Below, piece after piece: positions 13,013 through 24,700 of a stretch of DNA of 64,000 bases. The position numbers and the translations under genes were made by a program. The DNA comes from Glaucostegus cemiculus (taxonomy: Eukaryota), in assembly GCA_976551045.1 (NCBI GenBank), contig CDPCPM010000256.1:3782001-3846000 (forward strand), given 5' to 3'. The notes under the pieces were generated by a model, which made no database searches, was not told the origin of the DNA, and saw only the letters and a program-made list of their open reading frames with translations. Numbering within the stretch: position 1 is the stretch's first letter; every line of letters begins with the position of its first letter.

Positions 13013-14405
13013 GTAAGTTTTTTTTTGTCTTCTCTTCACGTGACTGTTTGACATAGTTAACGGGCATATAGTTTGTACTTTCATGTACATGCCCCTATTT
13101 CTATCTATCCTTCCTCAAATTATTGTCCTCAAAAATACAGGAGTTCTGAAATTAAGCATGTACATCTGTTCTGACTCCTTAGCATAGTGCTTGAAATCTG
13201 GTGGTCGTCTTATGGCCAAGTACTTGGGTGTTACCTTTATCTATAAAGAACGTGAAAGTCACCAATTATATTTGTCCAAGATCCGTTTTACAAACATGGA
13301 TCTTAATAATGTTGTGGTCAACTGTATATATCTACCAACTAAAGTTATTTCTGCAACTGCATTCTTTGCCATCTATACATTTATTTCAAATCGGTCTTAA
13401 AGAGAAATGTGCATTTCATTTTAAACTGGAGGGAAAAAAAATCACTTTCATTTGTGTTGCTTTCATTGACCTGAGAGAGTTAGAATATTTATCTACTCTT
13501 GCAAGAGAAAGCAAATGCACATTGCTAGTTTGCTTGAGCAATGATTAACCAAATGTAAACAGAGAATGCAAGTTGGTGAACAGTTGTACTGCAAAGTCAT
13601 GCATTATGTAGTTCCAAGGCCTGGGAGAACTCTTTACTAGGCTACTACTTCAATACAGGCAAATGTTCAATGGAGTAGCTACATGGTTGTTGCTAATAAC
13701 CATAATATAAGGGCAATAAATCCTATATAGTGGTCAGACAAGGCATTGATTTTATAGGAAACCTTCAGTGTTTGGTTAAAAACAACATGGCATGATTTTT
13801 GTGTTGGAATTTTTATCCACACTCACTATCTGTGATGTTTAGCTCAAAAAGTATGAAAAACAGCTGCGTATTTGCCAGTGACTTGAAATCTTTTGCTCTC
13901 ATTTTCGGAGAAACACTTCAGATTCTCAGACACCAGCTGATACAGATTTGAGTTATTGTGTAGAGATGTATAGATAAGTGATTTGTGCTAATTCTTTTTC
14001 TTTGACCATAGCGTTTCAAAATATAAGGCAGCATTGGGACATATTGTTAGGAGAGGTGAAACTGAGAATCAAACTGTACATTGGTCCTGTTCAAAAGCAA
14101 AGTAGAGCCCTGGTGTTTTGAAAATCCATCCCAATGAAATTGAGTTCATGAGGTATCTGCCTGAAGTGAATTGAAATTTCTTAGCAGCCACCTTTTAATA
14201 ATCCTGTGAAGATTTATTTTCTTTCATAATATTAAACTAGCTAACAAAATTAAATGATTATAACAAAGAGTTAGATCAGTCTGATATTCTGACATTTCCT
14301 GCAAAATATTTGTTGTGATTTAATTAGTTCAATCTCTGTAATATGTTTAAATGTTACAGTTGAATACCACTGAGACTAGCCAATAACTGTTGTCTTATTA
14401 ATCAG

Positions 14406-14571
14406 AGAAGCGAAAAGACTCTTAGGACAGATTGTGGATCGATGTCGGAATGGACCTGGCTTTCACAATGACATTGATAGTTCCAACAGTGCGATACAAG
14501 AAATCCAAATTCCAGCTAGCAAAGTGGGTCTCGTCATAGGGAAAGGAGGAGAAACCATTAAACAGCTGCAG
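14406..14571 (+). CDS. FUBP3: FUBP3 exon 7 (166 nt): EAKRLLGQIVDRCRNGPGFHNDIDSSNSAIQEIQIPASKVGLVIGKGGETIKQLQ, end of KH1 and start of KH2
   Basis: atcag acceptor; cag|gtaaga donor; phase 2 to 0. Confidence 0.96.
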
Positions 14572-16029
14572 GTAAGAGAACTCTGAGAATGCTGTGGAGT
14601 CCTCAGATCTTCAATTACAACAAAATATCATGTCTCACTTTGAGAATCTTGTGGGCCCAACACTGGCCAGACTTTTGCACTTTATCTGGACATTCAGCAC
14701 AGAGGACATGATGTGCAGTCCTGAGTTAATTAGCACAGTACAGGTAAAGTCTGTTTTGCATTGCGATCAAGCTATCTGAATAAGATTTATCAAAATTCAA
14801 GTTGTATGTGTAATATAGTTTGAATATCTTCAATGTTAAGCTGGTAGAAAGAAAAAATAAATTGCATTTCCCAAATAAGCAGCCATAGCTGATTTATAAA
14901 GACTCACACTGAGTCATTCAAAGCTCCCTGTCATGCAGTCCAGTCTACACAGTTGCAAATGTTAAAATTACTTCACCGGAGTCATTTGGTGATATGTTTT
15001 CATTTTAATTAGGACTATGTAATCTTTTATCTTCCTTTTGTAAAGGATTTGAAGTTTAATACTCTTAGGTCAGAGCAAAGCTGTGCAATGCTAATATTAT
15101 AACATTCATTTTCTACATGTGCAGTTTTTGGATGGGTACAAACAAGAATTGTGGCACTTAGGAGAAACCTCAGAAAAAATGTAAGACTGAACCTGGCCTG
15201 GGTTTTTGGCTCATTCATAGATGTCCCTGGCTCTTCGTGAAAATAATTACCAATGGGTGACCTTTCAAATAGACTTTCTAACCATGGATGCATGATGTGA
15301 CATCAATTAAGCTTGAGCTGCGGTATCCTGTGTTGAGTATTTTCAGCAAGTAGCGAAGAATGAACTGGGGTGGTCTGGATGAGTATCAAGTGATGCATCG
15401 TTACGTCTTCACAGCCACAGCCAAATCCAAATCGAGAAACCAAACAGCTCCTTTTCATTTTCACTTTGAATGTCTAAATGCATGTCAGCTGGATACCGTA
15501 GCTGGTGGCAGTCTTAGTTTCAAGTATTTCATTGAGTACAAGTATTTAATTGAGAACTTTTCCCGGCTGGAAACTGTCCATAGCATTAGTCATTGTCTAA
15601 AGCATGCAAAACATAATCTGAGGTAGATTTTTATTTTAAGAAGTTGTCTGATGTAAACAACTGCATTGTCATTTGGGGTATTGGGCTGAACTCTTTTTGT
15701 GGCTACTTAAGCATTGTTCACTGACATTCACATGCTACTGACACTTCCCAGCAATATTCTTCTGTGAGATTTAGCTAATCGTTGACCTCAGTGACAATTG
15801 TATCTCCTATTATGGCAAATGCAAGTGTTGAATGCTCCTACCTGTTTAACCCTGAGCCAGATAATTTCTTTAAATTATATGAATCCTTGAGAGTTTCAAA
15901 CCCTTAGTCAGAAATATAGAAAAACATCTACGTTAGGGTGACAGGATTAATGATTATGCTAAGACATTGAAACTGTTGGGAGTGTTTTGCCTACATGTGG
16001 AAGTGTGATCCTTTGTTTTTTTTTAACAG

Positions 16030-16128
16030 GAGAGAACAGGTGTAAAAATGATCATGATTCAGGATGGACCACTTCCCACAGGTGCAGATAAACCACTGAG
16101 AATTACAGGAGATCCTTACAAAGTACAA
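16030..16128 (+). CDS. FUBP3: FUBP3 exon 8 (99 nt): [33 protein letters not shown]
   Basis: tttttaacag acceptor; caa|gtgagt donor; phase 0 to 0. Confidence 0.96.
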
Positions 16129-17595
16129 GTGAGTTGAACCTCTATGTATCCAGCTGAGATTATGAAAGATAAATTTCTTTGTAAGTTATCCCACTGCACT
16201 TTGGCATAATGTGCTTTAAAATCATGTTTACTTAGAATCATGGCGCTCCTGTGCATAAGTGCACAGAGCACAGTGACTTTGGTTTCATCACTAGAGCCAT
16301 TTTTAACTTGCAGTTTGACCTCATCACTGACTGTCTCACAGTAATGTGGCACATTGAAAATTCTTGGGTTCTGGGAGATTAGAAATAATTTTATTGTAAC
16401 ATAGTACCTTTCTGTGAAGAATATATTTCGACAATCTGAAACACATCAAGGATGCTCGTCCTTGGACACTTAACAGTTGGGGGAAAAAGCTTGGTCCAAA
16501 TGCAAAAGTTTAATTTGTTCAAGTTATTATTTTGCAGAGCACACTTTCTAATTCTTTTGCTCTCTTCATGTCCTCTAACTCATATATCTTTACATATCTT
16601 TGTACATACATTTATATGAAAATATATATCTGTGTTTGAAGGTGCAATAATCCTTAGGAGAATACAGAGACGTGCTAGTATTTCTGAATCTAAAGGAGCC
16701 AACTGGGTTGTGTAATGGAAAGTCTTCTCAGCAGCTAGTCTTGAGCTTAAAAAAAAAAGCAAATGCCAGAAATATCCAGCAGGTCACATTTGTGCATAGA
16801 GATACAGTTGTGTTTCAAGTTAATGATGGCCTTTCATCATGAAAGATCCCTATTGCCATCTACAATATCCAAGTCAGGTTTGCAGTGGAACTCTGTCCAC
16901 CTACCTGGGTGACTGAATTACAGCAGCAGTGTTCATGGAAACAAAGCAGCCTGTTGGATAGGCACTAGCAATTCAACTTTAAATATTTGGTCCTTCTACC
17001 ATCAATGCACTGTGGTTGATAGTGCTGTCTTTGAAGTACTCTGCTTGGAGGTGACGCTGACAACCAAGATCAAAGACTTCTGTTTTGCAGAGGAGTAAAA
17101 TAAAATGCTCTTGACTTGAAGATATTGTTTCTCTCTGCACATAATGTTGCCTGACCTGATTATTTCCAGGGCTTTGTTTTTACTTCACATTTCCAGCATC
17201 TGCAGTTTCTAGCCTTTCAAAAAAACAAAAGCTGTACTTGGTCAACTGCTGGCAGTGAAAATATAGATGAGAACTTGTGTGTATTGGTTTATTATTGTCA
17301 CTTGTACCAAGGTATGCTTGTCTTACAAACTGATTGTACAGGTCAATTCATTACACAGTGCAGTTACATTGAGTTAGTACAAAGTGCATTGAAATAGTAC
17401 AGTGAAACAGTAACAGCTTTGGAATTCTGCTGCTTAATGTTAATGTAATGCATTTTTTTTTACACCATTGTCTTCTATTTTGCTCTGTGTGGATTTTTCA
17501 GGATGCACAGTTCTTGTACAAATGATTTGTCCATCTCCAATGACAATGTTGTCTTTTAACCTCCTCCTTGCCTTCCCCTACTGTTTCTTCTTCAG

Positions 17596-17694
17596 CAAGC
17601 TAAAGAGATGGTCTTGGAAATAATCAGAGATAAAGATCAAGGTGACTTCAGGCGGAATGAATTTGGTTCCAGATTGGGTGGAAATAGTATAGAT
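17596..17694 (+). CDS. FUBP3: FUBP3 exon 9 (99 nt): [33 protein letters not shown]
   Basis: ttcttcttcag acceptor; gat|gtaagt donor; phase 0 to 0. Confidence 0.96.
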
Positions 17695-18510
17695 GTAAGT
17701 ACTGCTTTGATTGTGAATTGAAGTTACAAAGCTTATCAATTTTGGGTTGACTTTCATTTCATTGCATTTAGATTGGATCATGTACCATAAAACTTATTTA
17801 TTGGGTATAGTGTGTAGAAGAGTTTTTAAACTTGGCATGAATGTGATGTTTCACATCAGCAAATATATTCACGTTTTGAATAGCCAGGTTACATCCACTG
17901 CATTCACTCCTGGTTTGTTGCCATGGACATGTCTGTCTACGTAAGCAGTGGTGAAAATAATTCGTCTCTCCAGGTTAATGGTGAACATTCAGGGAAAAAC
18001 ACAAGATTATCCTGACCAATATGAATTTAAATATACTGGAAAATGTTTTTCCCCTATTTCCTCAAGTCCAGATCCCATTAACTATGGCTTAATTGTTTTT
18101 TAAGGTATTTTGTACATTTAGGAGGCAAATGTTGCTGATTCCACAATGGCTTTGGGAGCATGGATCAATTATCCAAACAGGAAGACCCAAGATATAATTC
18201 CTAGTCTCTGAGCCAACCCCTAGTCACCAGCATATTCATTTCACCACCTTGAGAGGTGGTATCGAAAGTTTACACAGTTCTCTCTGAGCCCCAAACAATA
18301 GTCCATGCTGGAAGTAGGTGTTGAGACAGAATTGGGCTTTGTTGTAATGTCCTGTGATTGAAAAGTGTGGCAGTACTCGTATCATAAGCAATAGTCAGGT
18401 AGGCTAACTAATGGAAGTATAACTAAGAGTCTTATCCTTCAGGATAGGAGTGAAAATGACAAACAAAATGATAAACATTATGCAAATCTACCCTATTTGA
18501 TTGGTTTACT

Positions 18511-18760
18511 TTTTATTTATTTACAGCGTGGTAACAGGCCCTTTCGGCCCAACGAGTCCACGCCGCCCATTTTTTTTTAAAGCACCCCAGATTAACCTAC
18601 CCGTACGTCTTTAGAATGTGGGAGGAAACCGGAGCACCCAGAGGAAACCCATGCAGACATGGGAGAACGTCCAAACTCCTTACAGACAGCGACGGGAATC
18701 GAACCCCGATCGCTGGCGCTGTAACAGCGTTGCGCTAACCGCTACGCTATTGTGCAGCCT
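18511..18760 (-). mobile_element. tRNA-derived V-domain SINE (HE1-like), young copy
   Basis: Reverse complement of the 7505 element over its whole length; possible TSD attggtt at 18500-18506 and 18762-18768. Confidence 0.9.
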
Positions 18761-18942
18761 AATTGGTTGTTTGTGCTAATTATTAATGATTTCTACAAAA
18801 GTCCAAGAACATACTGGTTTGATGGCTTGAAAATTTTATTTTTAAAAACAGTTGCATTGGAATCGCTGTACTTTGCTAGACATTTGTAAAGACTTAACTG
18901 TGTGCATGTTTATATGGAATTAAGATTTTATCTTTTTCCTAG

Positions 18943-19045
18943 GTTGCTGTACCTAGGTTTGCTGTTGGTATTGTAATAGGAAGAAATGGTGAAATGATAA
19001 AAAAGATTCAAAATGATGCTGGTGTCAGGATTCAGTTTAAACCAG
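18943..19045 (+). CDS. FUBP3: FUBP3 exon 10 (103 nt): [36 protein letters not shown]3
   Basis: tttttcctag acceptor; cag|gtaagg donor; phase 0 to 1. Confidence 0.97.
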
Positions 19046-20379
19046 GTAAGGAGAGACAGTTTGTATTGGCAGTTGGGCAGTTTTCCAAAGCAGTCTTTAA
19101 TGCTGCTACTCATTGTAGATTTGTTAAATTGTTTAAATCTGTGAGGATTTACAATTTAATTTGTTTTTGGTGCCAAACCCACAGGCATCCTAAACATTCC
19201 TGAAAAATCTCCTCCTTCTTCGGAATTCTTTAAATGCTCGTAAGTGTAGTTGATCAGTGTCAAAGCGAAGGTGTCACTGAAAGACTCGTTTGCGGGGTGG
19301 GACACTTAGCCAGTGCTTTATTTAATAGTAAAGAATTGAAGTAGTTGCCCAAGTGCTGGGTGTGCATCACCATTCAAAGGATGTTGTGCTGTGCTGAAAA
19401 TGGCAGATAAATAGTTGTCTGCAAAGCTTAACACCACTATTTTGGTTGGCTGAAATCTTATTGGCAGCATTGAATCTGAGTCATTCTTAAGAAGCTACAC
19501 AGGTGTTATGGGCCAGGTGGCTTCTTGCTGTTTCATTCTGCTAAACTTGAGAATTTCTAAATGAAAGTTTGCTTCATTTCATTGAGGTAATTGGCTCCAG
19601 TCCAACAAAGTCAATTTCAGCAAACTTAATTTTAGCATTTACTGAAAACGTGAGTTGGTTTTAAATTCTATTCTTGGGCCATGATGGCTTTAATATTAAG
19701 GGCCAGGACTTTTTTTCTTCAGACAACATATCTTTTAGATTGTGAAGATTTTTCCAACATAATCCTGCATGCAACAGCAGCAGCTAAACAAAGCCACTGA
19801 TTACTTTTAGTTCTGTGTGATAGTTGTCTCATATTTTGCAATATTTCATAAACCATAACTGGGATGTAATCTTAGCAAGCACATAAAATGAACTGGAGCT
19901 CAGCACAGCAAATTTCAGAACGATATTGGAATATGTTATGAATGGGATTTTTTTTAGCCAAAAGTGTCTTTGAGTTTGGTTGGGAGATATTCAAGCTGCC
20001 CTAGGGTACATTTCATTATACCGGGGAAACAAGGTTGACCTTGAAAATTCATTTGACTTTTTGGTCTTGATCTCAATGCTCCCAGCCCATTACTTTTGAT
20101 TCATATTCAAGGTGATGGTCTGTGGTCAGTTGGGACTACTTGCATGTCATTCACGTAGTCCTTCATTGTGGTGTGACTGTTAGCAGGCTCCTTGATTCTA
20201 GGAAGTGTTGTTGCTGAGCATGGGTCTATTCTACCCCACAGTCACCAGATAATCAACAAGGTAGCCTGAATTCATTTTCTCCCTTTAGCACCCAGTCCCC
20301 TTGTCTTTAGCATAGTAGACCAGATTAATGTTCCTTCAAATTCATTACAGATGTACGGTTAAGCAACGTCATACAGGAC

Positions 20380-20650
20380 ATGGCAGCCCATTTGATAGAC
20401 ACCTCATCCACAACCATACACTCACTCCACTGTTGCCCTCTGTGTTGCACACCAATCCGACTTGGAAATGTATCACCATTCCCTCGCCATCACTGGGTCA
20501 AAATTCTAGAAATCCCTTCCTAACAGATACCCCCACATTTCGAGGACTGCAGTGGTTCAAGAAGGCAGGTCACCACCACCTTCTCATGGGCAATTGGGAT
20601 GGGCAGTTAAACGCTGGGTCAGCCTGCAAAGCCCACGTCTCTTGAATAAA
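20380..20650 (+). mobile_element. LINE (CR1/L2 group) 3' end fragment
   Basis: ggactgcagtggttcaagaaggcaggtcaccaccaccttctc...gggcaatt tail shared with 23445-23915 and 43870-44610. Confidence 0.7.
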
Positions 20651-20947
20651 TAATAACAAAATCTTTTATGCTGGCTGGAGTCTTTATTAATAGGGGAACC
20701 TTGGATCTATTGCATGAAAACTAAAGTAGCACATATTTTTTGACTTTTCTGTTTAATTTTTCCTGTTATACGAGATGCTACTCATTAACTTAAAGTACTT
20801 CAATCATTCAGTCTGGCTCAGTAAAGACATAGTATGGCTCTATCCATCATTTAATGACATTTCATTCAGCATTTAACTGCTTAGCTGTTGTGTTTGTAAA
20901 GGGCACCAGAAAATGCATGTCTCTCACCAGCTTGTTGTTTCTTCTAG

Positions 20948-21048
20948 ATGATGGTGTTATGCCAGACAGAATTGCTCAGGTGATGGGACCTCCAGATAGG
21001 TGTCAACATGCTGCTCATATGATTAACGAACTTATTCACACTGCCCAG
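20948..21048 (+). CDS. FUBP3: FUBP3 exon 11 (101 nt): DDGVMPDRIAQVMGPPDRCQHAAHMINELIHTAQ
   Basis: tttcttctag acceptor; cag|gtgagg donor; phase 1 to 0. Confidence 0.97.
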
Positions 21049-22677
21049 GTGAGGAAGCAAAAGTTTAAGTGATAATATTATCAAAAAAATGCAGGACTGG
21101 AGTTTCTATTTATTTCTGCTGGTTATACCTGTACAATCCAGGGGGAACTAATGAACAGTCTAAAAGTTTGGGCTATTTAAAATTACCGGGTTTAAGTATT
21201 AGCCCCTTATGCTAGTGGTTTCCATGATCATCACTGGTTCAAGATTCAATTCATCTGAATTGAACATGCCCACAAAATTGCCAATGCCTCTAGGTTTTGG
21301 AAGAGCTCTTCAAATTGCACTTAGTTTCTTGGGTTTGTTGTGGCTATTGGACATGTTTTAAAGGGTTTTCAGCTCAGTTTTTAATTTGCTAAGAAACTAG
21401 CTTGTGTTGAATACCAAGAATATTAAATGGTTCAGTACAAGATTTATGGTCAGTTTACTCACAGGTGGAGAATTGGATAACCTTACTAAAAATCCATTTT
21501 TTTAGTAACAAGCCTATTTTCAGTCATCTTAAGACAGCGTCAAGTCACCAGACTGAACTACATGAGGGCATTCTATTTAATAGCAGAAAGAGATTCCATC
21601 CTACTATGAAGTCGTATGGTTTAAGGAAGATTTTGTTTGCAATTGAGCAAATGAATTTTAATAGTAAAATAATTAAGTGTCACCCAATCAGAATATTTCA
21701 TACATTTTGGCTACAATTTCCTAGCTGCAATCAATGTTTAACTGCCCATTGTGGTTATAGTTTAGCATATCTGTTGAGTATTATTATTCATTTGCTGCTT
21801 TGTTTAATTTTTGCATCAATTATTTTCTCCCCTCTTCACCTAGATTTCTTCCCCTCCTAAAGGTACTGGAGTTCATTGGTACATCATCCACTGGATTTCC
21901 CCTCCTATTTGTATCTAAGCACACGTAGGCAAACAAATTTAGTAGCCTTTGGCACTTTGTGTGCTATTTCGTGTTAATACTGATTGTAGTTGGCCTATCA
22001 GCCTGTTTTTTGTGTCGGGGGGGGACAAAATTTAGTATAAAGACCTATGTCCTATTAATGAAGATTAGGAACACCCATCCCCATGCTTCAACCAGATCAG
22101 CTTTTCAAATTGTCCAAGATTTTGTATTTTGTATTTTTGTTCAAAGGGCAAAATGTATAACTTGAAAAAAGGGAGTGAATTATAATGGCATAATTATTTC
22201 TAGTCAAGGTCCCCTTGTATGATCTGGAATCCTTGTCAGACCTTGCATAGTGTTACAGACGCAAACGTTTGTAAAATGTATTCTCATTTCTCTTTGCCTG
22301 TATCAGGTCTGAGTTTGTATATTAAGCAGTGGTGAATTCTAACGGACATAGTAGGGCCCAGTAAAATGTTAGCAATCTATCTGATCTGTAAAGTGTAATG
22401 TTGCAATACTAGTTTAATTCCATTAGATGGAGTGTACTTACACAACACGATGCTTCTACAGGAAGTAAAACTATGCTAAAACTGGTGGATGCTTGTAAAG
22501 TTGCTTTACTGACAGCTCTTGCATCATTAAACTAACTGTTCACCCGAAGATAAGGAGACCCCTTTTGTTCTCAATGCATTATATTAATTCTAGGTATTTG
22601 ATGTTTGAATGGAAGTAAAGATGAACCTCTTTGTAGTTCTGCTCTGCATTTTTTTTAATAAGTATTCATTCTTTCAG

Positions 22678-22822
22678 GAGAGAGATGGTCAATCTGGCTT
22701 TGGTGGTCCCGGAAGAGGACGGGGTAGGGGTCGTAGTGACTGGAATGTGGGACCTCCAGGTGGAATGCAGGAAATAACGTACACGATACCCGCTGATAAA
22801 TGTGGCTTAGTTATTGGAAGAG
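22678..22822 (+). CDS. FUBP3: FUBP3 exon 12 (145 nt): [50 protein letters not shown] linker and start of KH4
   Basis: ttctttcag acceptor; ag|gtatga donor; phase 0 to 1. Confidence 0.97.
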
Positions 22823-23444
22823 GTATGACAATTTAACTGAATAATTGTAATGAACTTTAATTACTTAACAGAAAGCTGCACGATACTGATAGTGACTTTA
22901 TAACAATGAAAGTTTCTAACTGTAGGGAAACCAAAATTGATGAAGCATTTTCTATAATTTTTAATAAGGAGGGGAGAAACCACTTGCATTGACATCTGCT
23001 CATGTTTAGTACAGGTTGGTCGGAAAGCTTGGTGCACTTTCTTGGACTTTTTGGTTAGTAGCTTAAGTGTCAAATCTTAGAAGGGACAGATGAGCATGAA
23101 GCTTTTTTTTCCAACTATACCCTGTGTCCATTTTAAATGTATGTTATCTCTTGCTGTGCTCAAGGCTTGCTGTTGCAGATCACCTTCCCTTCAAGATGCT
23201 GGAGTAACATTGTTGGGAGTGCTGTTGAAATATTTGTTGTTTTTAAGGTTACCACAGAAGAAAATGTTTCTCAGTGAAGTCCATAAAAGACTGAATTCTT
23301 AAATTGTTGTATTTGGGAATGTTACTCTGTTCCCTAATTGTTTTGGTCAGCCCCTTCAGGAACTTTGGAAGAAAGTTATCAAACCTTTATTGACTGAGAG
23401 GTTCAACATTCTCCTCTGTTCTCTAATTTTAAAGCTGAGCCTGA

Positions 23445-23915
23445 ACACACCCTGAGCCCCTCCGTCATCTGCAAGTCAGGAGTGTGATTCTGCTGCAGCA
23501 GAACTCAGAAGCTTGATGCCATCCAGAACAAAACAACCCATTTGATCAGCACCCCATCAGCCACATTTATTTCCTCCACCACCAGCACACGTTGTCTGCA
23601 GTCTGTACTGTTTATAAGATGCTCAGCATTTACTTGCCATGGCTACTTCAACAACACCTTCCAAACCCGTGACTTCTACCACCAAAACAAGGATAATGGG
23701 TCCATTGGAACATTACCACCTTCAGGTTGCCCCTCCAGGATGCATGCAATTCAGGAGGATGTATTGCTGCCTCTTTGTCATCATTGCTTCTAAATTCAGG
23801 AACTCCCTACCCAGCACCACTGTGGGAGCACCTTCACCAGGAGAACTGCAGCAGTTTAAGAAGAAGGCTCTGTTGCCATCTCAAGGGATAGGCTGGCCAC
23901 AAACCTCCATTACTA
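23445..23915 (+). mobile_element. LINE (CR1/L2 group) 3' end fragment
   Basis: Same family as 20380 and 43870 (gaactgcagcagtttaagaagaaggct; caccttccaaaccc). Confidence 0.7.
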
Positions 23916-23919
23916 GCCC

Positions 23920-24700
23920 ACACACTCGGTTATCTTTAATATACGTCCTTTCACCTTGCCTCCTGTAAGGACTCCATTCCATTCTCCTAGTTCCTCCATC
24001 TCCATTGCATTTGCTTGGTGAGGCTTTCTGCGCAGGTGCCTCTGAAATGTCTGTCTGCCTTTCCTCATTGAGCTATGGCATCTCCTCCGTATGAAGACAC
24101 AACCTTTGACCACATCTCATCTTTTTCCTGCACCTCTGCTATCAGCCCTTTCCCTGGACAGTAAGCACAGCTCCCCTGGTCCTTCCACCCCACCAGCCTC
24201 CACATTTAGCTGGATCGTCTGTAATTTCTGCCAGCTCCAACAACATTTCACCACCAGATGCACATTCCCCTACTTTTTCAGGATTTCGAAGGGATCACTC
24301 CCTTAACTCACTAGTTCACTCTTCCATCCCAACCTACTGTTCCTTGACTCATGGCACTTTCCCATGCAATTGAAGCAGTTGCAATACCTGTCCTTTCACC
24401 TTTTCTCATCCCATCATCCAGAGACTCAAGGTGAGGCTGTTCTTTCAGGCTGAGTTTCATTGGAACAATGTGGGAAACAGGTCAGAGTGGGAGATGGGTG
24501 GAGAGCTAAAGTGAACCCCAGGTCACATTTATGGACCGAGTGTGTGTTTCACATAGTGGTTGCCTAATATGCATAAAGATTTCTCCACTGTAAAGGATTA
24601 GTCATTATGTACAATAAATAGAGTTTACTAAGTTGAAAGAGATACAAACACATTACTACTTCATCCTAAAGTGTGTCTGGAAAGGTGATGGCAACAAAAA
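23920..24700 (+). mobile_element. Penelope-like element remnant (forward part to ~24430, then an inverted part)
   Basis: gcctcctgtaaggactccattccattctcc encodes ASCKDSIPFS, similar to the PLE C-terminal region; ggcactttcccatgc (GTFPC). Confidence 0.55.
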
